A DNA stretch of 64,000 nt. Source: Peribolospora baueri (taxonomy: Eukaryota). Made by a program: the position numbers and the translations under genes. Each line of letters starts with the position of its first letter. Positions within the stretch are counted from its first letter, which is position 1. Shown here piece by piece: positions 12,850 to 26,754 of this stretch. The notes beneath the pieces are model-generated. The model searched no databases, was not told the DNA's origin, and saw only the letters and a program-made list of their open reading frames with translations. The stretch covers positions 62,001 to 126,000 of the forward strand of contig JAMDHS010000062.1 in NCBI GenBank assembly GCA_029717555.1, read 5' to 3'.

Positions 12850-13283
12850 GCTCGGTCGTCCTCGGCCACTCCAACAGTTCTCACGGCCAGGTGACCCTCC
12901 ATCCCACAGCCGAGTCGGCGGCCAAGCCGTTCATTTCGCTCGCCGCGCACTCTTAGCCTGAATGGAATGGTGGTGCAAGATTGCCTATCCCAGCGGTCGA
13001 CAATGGAGGTTATCTTCTAGGAGAGTCAAAGTCAAAGGAGTGGAGCCTCCGAGAGCGAAAATAAAAGTGATCCGGGGAGACGGACTGAATGTTTAGTGAT
13101 GATGAGATGAAGTTGTCAAGCCTCTTGACGGCACTCAAACATCAAGCCACTGGCCCGTACGGGAACAGGACGCAACGACCGCTTTCGGCACGCATCTTTC
13201 AGAATAAAAGGACAGGCCTGTGGGATGAACAGCGGGGAGGAGCGCTCCTTCAATGCAGTAGATATGTCCGTCGGTACATGTTT

Positions 13284-14330
13284 CTACAGTAGCTTGAGCT
13301 TTCCAGTCACCTGGTTGATGAGAGACACGGGACCTGCGAGGACGAAGGAAGACGAAGACGTAAGCTATATGCAAACCTTGCCGAATGGAATGCGAACCAC
13401 CCTTCACCTGGTCCGACGCCGAGAACTGTTCGACTTCCAGCTGCAATCTGCGTTCGACCCCTGGAACAGCACAGATAGACGACGACATGTCAACAATCCT
13501 TGGAGCGAATGAGTGGGCGGGATTCATGAACAAGCCACAAATGGCACCCACGCATCCTGGATGCTGCGAGCGCAAAGATTGAGACGCCTCGCTTGAGATT
13601 GCAGCGCCAACATCTCTTCCTCCGAACTGCACTTGAGCGCCACCTTCGCCTGACTGGAGTGGAAGACAAAGGGAATGTGTACTGGTGAAAAAGGGCATCG
13701 AGAAGGACAGAGAACGATCGAGACCGTGCTTGAAGACGCGCCGTCAGAAGGACAACGGACTCACCCCGATCGTTCCCAGTGTCGAAGTAGCTAAAGCAGC
13801 GTCAAGATGTCCGAGAAAAACAAGCGCAATCTCATTGAGCTACAGACAAGCCGGAATCCTGGCGCAACCGTTCGTGCTCGGTGACTGCTCACGCTAGGGT
13901 TATCCTTTTGCAATGCCTTGTAGCACGCCAATGTCGCATGACCGCACTGCGCCGCAATCTTTCCCTTGGTCATGTTCAAATCAGTACGGACAACGAGCAC
14001 CTGCACAAAGAAGAGAAGGGAGAGTCGGATGACAGAAGATAAAGTTTGCGAGAGGGCTCGGTCTGCAAGTATTACTAGCCTGAGGCGCACCAATTTGAGT
14101 TCTTCTTCCACTTTCGCCTTGACCTCGGCCAGGTCCGTTTTATCGGTAAGATCAACATCCCCGCTTGCGATGGACTCGTTGTCTGACGCGTCGCTCCAAT
14201 CCTCCTCCTTGGCGCCGCCTCGGGAAAAATTGAGCGACCTGCCGACGCCAATCCAGTAGCCGACGACGAGGGAGGAGACGATCAAGGCGGCGTAGGTGGC
14301 CGCTGAGTGCACGGAAGAGGGAGGGTTCAT
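13284..14330 (-). CDS. PTH2: Peptidyl-tRNA hydrolase 2
   Basis: N-terminal TM anchor; KL|VLVVRTDLNMTKGKIAAQCGHATLACY, HWERSG|QAKVALK, IQDA|GRTQIAAGSRTVLGVGP|GPVSLINQVTGKLKLL. Confidence 0.93.
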
Positions 14331-14805
14331 GTCAGAAGTCCAGCTGGCTGACATGCCCCGGGACAGTCCCTCGTCTTTGATGGAGTGAAAGAAAGAGCGC
14401 ACCTGGGGAAGCGGACGAGGCCATTGTGGATTGACGACCTTACACAATGAAATGCTGAATCTATGAGAAATAGGCCGAGGCAGAAGCGATCGAGTAGCAC
14501 GTGACCGTGAGAACGAGGGCCCGCTGACCAATGGCTGTGGACGGGAGATGTGGAGCGGTGCACTGATCTTGACTCCCACAACCATTGTATCAGTCCATCA
14601 CCCTGGCATATTTCTATCTCCTCCCTCCATTCTTCTCTCTTCTCCAACTTGTCTCGCCTCTCTGTAACAACCATAACCGTGAGTGCGATATTGCTCGGTC
14701 CTCGATGGCGCTCAGCTTGGCCGATCGTTGGGCGCGGTGCATGCGCGGCTGCTTACAGACGCCACCTGATCCATCGTCTATGCGCTCATAAATCCCTACT
14801 CACAG

Positions 14806-15947
<1,142 letters not shown>

Positions 15948-16759
15948 TAGCTCAGGAGTTTCTTTGGCGACTGTTGAATGAACTTGATTGTGGCAGCACA
16001 GCGAGGTGGTGAGCCACGGCTAGGCACAGCTGTCCTGTCTCCAATGAACTCAGACTGTAGATCTTCGCTTAAGACAAGAACTTGTTTTTCTTTCTGTTGC
16101 ACGCCAGTCGCTCCTAATCACGCTGAATGTTCCCGAGTGAGATGCGCAACTGGAGCATGCTCCAAGCAAAACGGTGGTCAACTCGAACCATCCACACAGT
16201 GTGACCAAATGGGTTGAGAACGAGACAGTAAAGTCATATACAAAGGACAATGGTGTACAAAAAAGGAGAAAAAAAATGTCCCTGACCAAAATTACGGTCC
16301 ATCTCACCGGCCGAGGCCTCGTTAGCCGAACTCAACGGCAGGGGTGAACAAGCGAAGGAGCGGACACAGCCGCCATTCGCTTGCGTTGTGTTCTGCGAGC
16401 CGTTTCCGATCTCCCTTGGACCGGCAGGCCGGGAGGGAGACGGCCAGAGACCAGAGTGCAATGCCTGCGTGTCCTCGAGGAGGAAGAAGGTGTTGCTCGG
16501 CTCTGTCGCCATGTGGCTCGTCGAAGATAGAAGGGAAAGGGGGGGAGAAGGAAGAAGGGACCTGAAGGTGGTGGGCGTAACCCTAACCCTACCCACTACC
16601 CCACGGCATCCCACTCCCCCCGATCCGGTACAGGCCGGGAGGCGTGCTCACGGGTGGACCGAAGAAGCATCGTCGCCAAGTCGCACCAGATCTCTTTCCT
16701 CCATCACTCCCGTTTCCATCCACAACCATCCTCCCATCTCTCGCACCCCCCCTCGCAAT

Positions 16760-18789
16760 ATGTTCCGCCCCCTCCTCTCTACGGGTTCGGCTTTCTCGCG
16801 GGCGAGGGCCGCGCCGGCGGCGCGCGGTGTGAGTAGAGACGACTCGAAGAGCGCTTCTTCGATCTGATGTCGATGGGTTTTTCGATCGGGAAGCTGCGTC
16901 CTGTCCTTCCTGAGGAGGAGCGCTCGAGACGTCAAGCATCGCACGCATCCATGCATGTGCTGATCGCTTGTCTTTCGTTTGTCCTTGGAAACCCGCACAT
17001 CCAGGTCGTCCAGAAGCGATTCCTGTCCATTCATGAGTACCTTTCCATGAACCTCCTCAACGAGGTAAGATGTGCAGACATTACGTTTCTTCGATCTTCC
17101 GCTTGCCGAGACCTGCGCTTGATCCAAGCGTAGCTCATCCCTGAGTTGATCTCTCACGAAACTCCCTCTTCCCCCTCTTCCCGCCGCTACAGGCTGGCAT
17201 TAAGACGCCCAGGTCCATCGCCGCCAAGTCTGCTGAAGAGGCTTACAACGTTGCCAAGAACTTTGGTAAGCTTTCCATTCTTTTGTTTGAGCATCGCATA
17301 TGGATGTGTATGCTTGTGTACCGACCGATCGCTGTCTGGGATCTGAACTCGTCGTGCTTTCCTGCTTCGTCGTATCCAGGCGCTCCGAACGGCCTCGTTA
17401 TTAAGGCGCAGGTGCTTGCCGGTGGACGTGGAAAGGGTCACTTTGAGGGTGGCCTTCAAGGCGGTGTGCAGATGGTCGACAGGTGGGCAGGCTTTCGTAC
17501 TCCTTCATCGCTCCTCCCTCTGCCGGAGAACTGACTCAGATCGATCTGCTAGTGCCGAACAGGCGAAGGACTATGCTTCTAAGATGATCGGCCACAAGCT
17601 CATCACGAAGCAGACTGGAGCAGCGGGCCGCATCTGCAATGCGGTGAGCAGCAGCGCGATTCTACCCCCCCCGTCGTGGTTGCCTTTGGTGATTCTCTCT
17701 GATCATTGCCTCCGTCGCTGCGCTCTAGGTCATGCTCGCCGAGCGTCGCACGCCGAAGCACGAGTACTACACGGCCGTGTTGAACGACCGGTCGTCCCAA
17801 GGCCCGGTGCTGATCACCTCGAACCAAGGCGGCATGTCGATCGAAGACGTGGCGAAAGAGAACCCTGAGGCGATCATCACCACGCCTATTGACTTTGCGA
17901 AAGGCCTGAGCAAGGAAGAGGCGCTCCAAGTCGCCAAGAAGCTCGGCTTCTCCGGCCCGAAGCAGGAGGAGGAGGCGGCGGACACGTTTGTGAAGCTGTA
18001 CAAGCTTTTCAAAGAGAAGGATGCGACGCAGATCGAGATCAACCCTTTGGCGGAGACGAAGGACGGAGAGGTGCTTTGGTGAGTGCAGCGAGAGCGGGAC
18101 GTAGGTGGCGGTATTGTAGAGCCATCGTTCAACTCGCCCGCTTTCCTCCCTCTTTTGCCCGCCATGCCGTTGTCAGCATGGACGCCAAGTTTGGCTTTGA
18201 TGAGAACGCCGAGTTCCGCCAGCGGGACGTGTTCGGCCTACGCGACACGACTCAGGAGGACGCGCAAGAGGTTGAGGCGGCCAAGTACGGTCTCAACTTT
18301 ATCAAACTGGACGGCAACATCGGGTGCCTGGTCAACGGCGCGGGTCTTGCTATGGCTACGATGGACGTGCTCAAGCTGAACGGAGGTGAGCGGCTGGGGA
18401 ACGCGTAGGTGGTGGGGAGGTGAATCGATGCACTGACGCGTGTCGATCGATTGGCAGGCAACCCGGCCAACTTCTTGGACGTTGGCGGAGGAGCGACGGC
18501 GGACGCGGTGAAGAAGGCATTCGAGCTGCTGTTGTCGGAGAAGAACGTCAAGGCGATTTTGGTGAACATCTTTGGGGGGATCATGCGTTGCGACGTGATC
18601 GCCGAGGGCATCATCCGGGCGACGCATGACCTCAAGTTGGATATCCCGTTGGTGGTGCGCCTGCAGGGTACGAAGGAGCACGAGGCGAAGAAGCTGATCG
18701 CCGAGTCCAAGTTGAAGATCTTTGCGTTTGATGGCTTGGACGAGGCTGCGGCCAAGGCTGTTGAGGCTGCCGACAAGGGCAGCCTGTGA
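16760..18789 (+). CDS. LSC2: Succinyl-CoA ligase beta subunit, mitochondrial
   Basis: [86 protein letters not shown]. Confidence 0.96.
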
Positions 18790-18967
18790 GCGGGGGGGAT
18801 GTATGTCCATCGCTTTGCTCCGAGCCGTCGTTTTCCTTTTTTCTCCAATTGTGACCTCGTCGTATGCACTGGCGAGGCGACCGTATCTAATGGAGCATAG
18901 ATTAGAGCTGGTCGCGATCGGCGCTGTACCCGTGTGTTGCGTGTTTATGACCGTGTCCGACGGTCTC

Positions 18968-19604
18968 CCTCTCTCTCTCTCTCTCTCTGTGTCGTTCGTT
19001 CGTTCGTTCGTTCACTCGCTCGCGACTCGGCTAGGCTTGCCTTGCCTTGGCTAGCCGAGCCGAGCCGAGCCGAGCCGAGGTTGCTGGGGGATCGGTTTGG
19101 GTTGCCCCAGCAGGCGGACGAGGTATCCCCGTCGGAAAGCCAAAACAGGACATGAGACATGAGACATGAGGCACAAGTGGGGATCGGATCTTGCGTCGTC
19201 GTTCGATCGAGCAAGGGACGGGGAATGGCATGTCAGAAGACACGAGACACGAGACACGAGACGCGAGATGGGAAGGCATGGGATGGGTTAAGATGGGTTG
19301 GATGGGTTAGGACGACGTGCCCGGTTCGTTTAGCGGAGGGGGCGGCAGCGTGGGTAGTCAGTCAGTGTCAGTGTCAGTCAGTCGTCGTCGGCCGAGGGAG
19401 GGATCAGATTAGACAGATAGCTGGAGGATGGAGGTGGCTGATATGATCGCAAGTCGTTCCGAAGCCGTTCATACTTCCATCCTGACTGGACGTCGGAGTG
19501 CGGGTGTGAAGACATGTACGAGGACGTGTACGACGAGGACAAGGATGTGTACAAGGACAAGGACGTGTACAAGAACGAGAACAAGACAAGAACAAGAACA
19601 AGAA
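18968..19604. repeat. Cluster of mixed simple tandem repeats
   Basis: (CT)n, (TTCG)n, (GCCGA)n, (CATGAGA)n, (CACGAGA)n, (GTCAGT)n and (ACAAGA)n in succession. Confidence 0.8.
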
Positions 19605-20326
19605 CTACTTCCTGCCCTCCATTCCACGCCCTCGCCTCGGCTCGTCCTTCCCTTGCCCTCCCCTTGCCCGCGCTCTGCATTGCGCCACGTACGTACACCG
19701 ATATCGACCTCGCTCGACCTTGCTTTGATGCCGGCTGCCGAACGAACGCCCCGGCCGGCAAAGGCAAAGGGACCGGCGAGGTATTAGATCAGGTATATCT
19801 GAGGACGACGTCGAGCGAGAGAGAGAGAGAAGGGAGCCCGCTCGCCGTCGCAGCGATGCGGCCGAGGTGGCAGGCAGCGCAAGGCCGGCATCCATCCTTG
19901 CGTACCTTCCTTCCTTCCTTCCAGCCCGAGCTCCCAAGATAGCACTGTCCCGAGGAGCGGGCGATTGATCGTCCCATCTTGGATACGACGAGACTGACGG
20001 ACAGTCGACCGACGACGGACGGCTTGGTCGTACAGCGCAAGTGAAGTGTCGTACGACGTCATCCGTCCTCGTCCTCCTACTTCAAGTCGGCCGCCTCTCT
20101 CTTTTTTTCCCCTTCTCCTCCGTCTTTCGCCCTTCAAGGCCCCGCCCGTTCGTCGTCGTTGTTCGTCGTCGTCGTCCGCTTGCTCACCCTCCCTCCTCGT
20201 ATCTCCTCACCTCCATGCCGCCCCGTCTTCCCCGACGCCGCTGACGGCCCCTCGTCCCCTCGCCATCGCTCACACGGTCTCCTCTCCTCTCGTCTTCCCC
20301 TCCGACCGCAGACTCACCCCCCCGCC

Positions 20327-21275
20327 ATGCTCCATCTCTCCACCACACAGCCCCAGCCCCGAGCTCCCGCGCGGCGGCTCCGCAAACGGCGTCAGGGGGA
20401 CGCTGCCGATCGGGTGGAAGAGCGCGCGGAGCACCCTGGCAAAGCGGTGGGAAAGAAAAAGGAAGAGGAGGAGCTCGGCGACGGCGGCGAGGAGGCCGAA
20501 GCCGACGGCGGTCCCGCTCAAGCTCCCCCGCGACGGGACCGGAGCCATGACCGCCAGCATTCTCCTCCCCGCCGGCACCGACTACGCTCCCTCCTCCGCC
20601 CTCTCCTCCTCCTCCCGCTCCAAGCCGTCCGGACGTCCCATCCAACGCAGAGCCGCCGCCGCCGCAGCCGCCGCAGCCGCCGCTCCTCTTCCACCTCGTC
20701 CGCGCGTCATCCCGCAGACTACTGCGATGGCGGAGGCGAGCGAGATTGTCGAAAAGCCGGGAGACACTACGATGGGTGCGGGCACGAGCGCGTGCACAAA
20801 CTCAAGCACAAACTCAAGCTCGGGCTCGGGCTCGAGTTCGGACTCGGGTTCGGACGGCGGGGGGACGGACGGTTGTATGAAGAACCCCGTTCTGGACGGC
20901 TTCGGAGCGCGGCGTCGCGACTTGTGGCCGCTTTTTGGTGCGAACGCGGACGGGGAGGAGGAGGGGAGGGAGGCGGGGAGAGAGGAGCGGCTGCGATTGC
21001 TGAGGAGTGGCGACGGCGTACGAAGAGCGAAGACGAGGTGGCCGAGTTCACGGAGCGTGTGCACGCGCTCTGGAGGAAAATCCACAGCTCTGCCCGCTCA
21101 TTTTCCCGTGGACGCGCGGCAAAGGAGGCGAGGGCGGAGGTGGAGGTGTGGGAGACGGCTTTGGCTGAAGAGAGGAGGGTCAAGGAGGAGAGGGTGAGGG
21201 AGTGGGCTAGACAGGTCGGATTGGCCCTCGAGCGAGAGATGGCCGATGGCCGCTTTGACCGTCCCAGTCCCTTGT

Positions 21276-21312
<37 letters not shown>

Positions 21313-22960
21313 GGTCCAATGCGATGGCGACGCCGACGGCGACGGCAACGAGGAGAGAGAGGACGAGTCCATGTCCACCGACGACTCGTCTGTCGCAAAT
21401 CCCACCGCCGTCCCGGCTACGGCCAGCTCCTTCACCCGCCGCCGTCCCCGCCGCCGCCGCCGGCCATGGACGGCAGACGATGCCGTTTCTCCGCCCTTCT
21501 CACCAGCCCAGCACGGGAATAGCGAGCCTGGTCCGGGTGGCCTGGTCAAAATCGTCGGGAGGAGGCGACGCGACGGCCTCGTCTCCCTCCTTCGCATCCG
21601 TCCTGGTACGAGTCCCGCCATCATCGTGCCGCCTCCTGGTCGTGGAAGGACGGCCGCCGGCGCAGATTTCGATATGACTCCGCCTCCTCCAGATCGTCCC
21701 CGTCCCCGTCCCCGCCCGCGTCCGAGCCCTTGGCCGTCCGCCATCTCCACCTCAACGTCAGGCTCTGTGCGATCAGGATCAGAGTCAGTCTCGCAGGAGG
21801 AGGACGGTCAGAGCAGAGTCATTGCTTTGTCTCCGTCGTCATCGTCCGCCTCTCGGCCCCCTAATCCTGACCCTCCTTCTTTGACGAGCACGCCGTCCTC
21901 GTCGCGAGTCAGGACAAGTCATCGCGTGTCGCCCTTGGAGATGAGGACACAGGGTCAGAAGGAGGATCGCGGCCGTCGTCACCTCGCTCCCGAAGAAGGA
22001 CTGCAGCGACCTGCCCGGCAGCGTTCCGTCGGCGGTCAGGGTCAGGCAAGCCCACAAGGCCTCCAAGGTCGGCACCAGCACCCCAATCTCCGTCACGCTG
22101 TCAGCGTGCCCGCCTGGTCCGCCTCTCATCCCCCCGTCTTCCTCTGCCGTTTTTATCCTCCGAACACTTGTTGTTCATTCGCACTCTCCACGACACCTTC
22201 CGACGTCGTCCTTCACCCGCACATCGGCCCAGTCGCCATCTGCCCCTGCGCCAGCCTTTGTCCCGCCGGCGTTGACGCCATCGTCAGTCACAGAAGCGGC
22301 TCTTTGGGCCGTAAGAAAAGTCCTTCGCGTCCAATCGCCGCCGCCGTCGTCGCTGCCCAAGCGCCGGGCAGATCCGTCGCTGAAGGATCGGGGACAGAGG
22401 AGGCAGACGGCGGGGACGACGTGAGGACAAACGTTTCTGCTCATCAAGACGACGATCACGACGACCGTCGCGTCCCCCCGGTGTTGTCAAACAACACCTT
22501 TCTTCCCTCGCCATGTCCGCCGCCGCCGCGTCCACATGCAAAGTCCCTCCCCAGCCTCTATCCGCTCACCACGACCAGCTCACTACCCTCCGGAACCCCC
22601 GGAGCCCTCCTCACGCGGCCCCTCGCTTCCGCAGCCAGTGGCGACACGCTTTCTCCAACGACGCCCAAAACGCCCAACACGATCTTAATGACTCGCTCCG
22701 CTAGCACGGCCGCCGGTGGGGCGACGACGACGAGGGCGGGAGCGGCGGCCCCGTCCTGGACGATCCGGCCGAGAAAAGGGATGAAAAAGTACAATTCTAC
22801 GCTCGATTTGCGCCAGGGCGGCCGGGTATGGGAGGAAGACGTCGTCATCGACGTGGACGCGGACGCGAGCGGATCGGACGAGCGCGAGCGTCCTTGCGCT
22901 TGTCATGTGCTCCTAGGCACCTCCGGTTCTCTCTTGCGTCCGCAAAGTGACGGCGGATGA
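20327..22960 (+). CDS. Hypothetical low-complexity protein (~877 aa from ATG 20327)
   Basis: Long open frame (20159-22960) with a helical or coiled segment (EVAEFTERVHALW...EERVREWARQV), polyD and S/P/R-rich tracts. No family recognised. Confidence 0.5.
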
Positions 22961-23380
22961 TCAGGCAAGCCCACATGCGCGCCACGGACGTCCCGGACGT
23001 CAGCCTTCGTTTCTTCTCTGCTGAGCGGCCCGGCCAAAGTGCTTTTTTTTTTTTTCTTTCTTCTTTCTTGTTTTCGTCATCCACGTTTGTCCGTTACGCT
23101 CATCACCATCACATCAACATCACGACTGGCATTGACTGTACGACACATATGCATCGAATCGATCTAATCACACCTGCCGTCGACAGGCTTCATGTAGGGT
23201 TTCCATCGTCCGACGTCCTGGCGGGCCAAACGACACACTCGTCGCGAACTGAAAGAAAGCTTAGATACATGAACATGAACAGGGGCAGTCCAGAACGTGT
23301 GAAGGCACGACGACGACGAACGGCGCGACGCGACGCGACGTGAGAGACACGCTTGCTTGCCGGCCTTCACACCTTCACCT

Positions 23381-25037
23381 TCACCCGAGCCCCCTCCTAC
23401 CGAGCCCTTCCACCAAGTAGGAGAGCACGCTACCCAGCCTTGCCTCCCACGTCTCGTCCTGCTGCCCGTCCTTGTTGGCCGAACCCCGTCGCTTCGGACC
23501 GATGAACTTGAGACGTGCTCCGCCAGCGGTCGACGTGGCGGAAGAGGAGCCGAGGTAGACTCCTGCGACGCCTAGACGGACGAGCGTGAGTCGCGACAAG
23601 GGCAGAGAGGCGTGTTGGGAGAGGTAGAACGTCAGCGCGGGTAGGAGGGGCATGTCTACGTGAATGGCCCGGGAATGCAGACAGATATGGAGGCCAGAGG
23701 CGTGTGCGTGTGTGAGAGGAACGAAGGGTCAGGAGAGCTCGTCTAAAACGTTCGCCGACGAAAATTCATCCGAGTGACGTCTCGGCGCCCCACTCACCCT
23801 GGGTGACCCCCCTTGGCTCCAACAGCTTCGCCACCATCTCCCACGGTACGCTGAAGGTGAGCGCCTGCAAATCAGGCGCCACCGTCCGCTCGGGCTCCTC
23901 CGGGTCGTCCGTACCACCCCTCTTGCCCGGAAAGGCGTACGCGAGTTCCACCGGCGGCCTCACATTCGCACTCGTCGATGCCGCTCCCGTCTCTTCTGGC
24001 CTCAATGATCCGTCAGGGCCTCTCATACCGTCAACGGTGCGCTCCAGAAGCCCCTCGAGGAATCGGCCGCTTATGCGCGTGCCCAAAGCTGCCGCCGAGC
24101 CGACTCTGCAGTCGAACCGGCTCTGCACCCAGTCGAGGGCGTGTGCAAGAGCCGAGGGGCCCATGGGCGACGAGGAGGCTGCCTTGGTGATGAGGAGAGG
24201 GTAGGAAAGCGAGGAATTGTTGGAGCGGGTGTGACGCGAGTCAAAAGGAGCCTCGTCGCTGCGGTCGAGAGAGGGTAGAAAAATGAGATGACACATGTCG
24301 TCTTGTGATCTCGGCGGGGGCGACGAGGCAGAGGTAGGCTCTGCCGGGGAGCCCATCTCGAGCTCGATGGCCCATGGGGGAGGCCGCCGCGGCGATGGCG
24401 TTTGTCCGCGCCTGGTGGAAGAAGCGCCACCTTGGGGACTGCGCCCCGGTGAGACAGAAGCGTCGTCATCGTTGCCGTCGAGCTGGAGGTCCAACATGCG
24501 CATCTCCACCCTCCCAACCCTATCCATCGCCACTCTGCGTCTCTTCCTGCTCCGACCGCTGCCCGACTCCGCCTCGACGCCGTTCCCGTTCGCGTGCGCA
24601 TTGTCCTCTGGACCAGCATAGCTCAGCCCGTCTGAAAGTCGCAGGTTTACAAACGAGTGTAGTTCTGGAGCAAGGGACCGGAGGAGTGAGGTGGTGACGT
24701 TCGTCACGGCCGGCGCTTTGGACGACGAGGAGGAGGAGGCGGCGGCGGCGGCTGCGGGGGGGATGTGCAGGTGGATGGGAGAGAGCGTTTGGAGGTGCAA
24801 CGTGCGATTGAGAAGAAGGTCTGTAATGTTGTTCCGAATCACCAAGTCAGTTCACCTGCACGTCTCCTCGCTCCTCGTCTGCTGAGACCTTCACGCACCG
24901 GTCGCTTTCCAAGCTACCTCCTCTTCCTCGTCCTCTTCTTCCCGCCGCTGGCCTTCCTGGTCTACTAGCTTCGCTTTTCCTTTGTCCCTGCTCCGTGGAG
25001 GGGGGTTCCGAGGCTGTTTTGACGTTTTCGCCGGCAT
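23381..25037 (-). CDS. FTA1: Inner kinetochore CCAN subunit CENP-L/Fta1
   Basis: Exons 25037-24899, 24820-23798 and 23655-23381. CENP-L-like blocks: LLNRTLHLQTLSPIH, YPLLITKA...LDWVQSRFDCRV, VELAYAFP, DLQALTFSVPW, LPALTFYLSQHASLPLSRLTLVRLG...GARLKF. Confidence 0.72.
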
Positions 25038-26754
25038 CGTGCCTCTTCTCGGACGTTCAAGTGCGAGCTCGCCGAGGAGTTGGATGGACGATGAAGCGAA
25101 CGGAAGGCGGCGCGTCGATGTAAGACAGCTTCGACATCCACAAATGCAGATGGGCACAAGCGTCCCATCATCGATCGCATCACGTGCCCGCGGTTCGACG
25201 CGACGCGCGTGCCGCAGTTCGCCGACGGCCGTCGACCGGTGCGTGACGCCAACGCGGCCACACTTCGGTATCTTCACCTCTCTTGTTCTTTTTCCAAACG
25301 GCTCAGTCCGCCACTTGCCGTGCAAGCTCCTCGTTCGCGGTCTCCAGGAAAGGCTTGGTGGACGGCTTTGCTTTGATTTGCGCGGCGCTTGACGCCCAGG
25401 GCATGGGCGTGCGCTGTGTCGCCGTGAAACGGTTTGTCTCCATGCCGACCCGGAACGGCCACGCTAGGGTTGCCGTGCGCATCGGGCATTCTTTCATTTT
25501 CTCCCTAGCCACTCGTCGTATCCCAGACTGATACTGTTTCCACCTACGGACAGGGCTTGAATAGTAACTTGCATCCGTTCTGCATCATACGCAGCCCTCG
25601 TCATTCACCATCCTCAATAACTATGTCACTTTCAGCCCTGATTTATTGGGCGCAAGTCCGTGTGGTCTCTACGACTGAAGAGGACTACAGCAGGGCGGAG
25701 GTTTCGTTCATTTCGGCCGCTTCTCGCCTGGCAGCGACTTTGCTCTGGAACGACAACGTATTCGGCTGACTGACAAAGTGCCGAACATCGATAAGTTATG
25801 GGAAGCTGCCTTCTCATTCTCTCCTCCACTGCAGCAAACCGTACACGCCGTTTTCCGTGACTTGGCTACACCTCCTTTGTCGTCGCTCGGGTCGTCCCCA
25901 CACAATCGCTCTTTCCCCTTCCCTGGGCTCTTCGTCCATCCAGGTACCCTCCTTCTTCCCGCTCACATCTTCTCTTGACCTTGTTTTCTTTGCCGTGTCC
26001 TTTTCTTCTCGCCGACGCCAGTCTTCTTTGCCCCATCTCCCCCTTACCTCCCTTTCTTTCCACACGCCCCTCCTTCGTCGACGGCGTCGGCCACAATGAG
26101 GGTCATTGTGAGAACAGGGCACTCTCGACTCTGACCGTCCAACTTTTGTGTCCATCCTTCACTCTCCACGAGCTGTCTTTCATCTCGTCTCCGACGTTCT
26201 TTCACCACATACCTTCTTTCCCCCACCCGTGCAGCACAACACAGGAGCGTCGCAGGCTGGCCTGGAATCGCTACTTCTCTCAGCGACTCGGCTTTTATCG
26301 AGCGCAAGAACTTGTTGCTTCACGTTTTTATCACATCCACTTCCGTTCTACTTGGCTTTCCGATTCACTGGGCACCTTCTACCGCTTCTGCGTCGCCAGT
26401 CTCGGCCACGTCTCGACGCTTCTGCAGAAACAGGAGGGCGAGAGAGTTAGCACCGCTGTCACTATCGAGCGGCGGGAGAGCGGTAGGCTGGCCGCTTAGC
26501 TGAGACAGCACGGATGGCGCCCCTTTGTCTGTCACTGGTTACCGAGTTGTGAGGAAAGGGCTTGTTTTTTGAATGTAGAGGGGGAAGATTCTCTCAAATA
26601 TACTGATCACCTTCATTTTGCCTCCTTCCTGTTCATCCTGTGACTCACAGGCGCTGCGCCGGCCTCCTTCCAAGTCAATCGGTTACTCTCCTCGCAATTG
26701 ATTGCATTTTCATTTTCCCCGCCTTCTTCCTTGGGTTTGTTCTTATTCGGAACT

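Noticed and set aside
16578..16591. TAACCCTAACCCTA telomere-like repeat (also TAGGGTTAGGG near 11997)
   Set aside because: Only about 2 units; at most a promoter telo-box, not a telomere.
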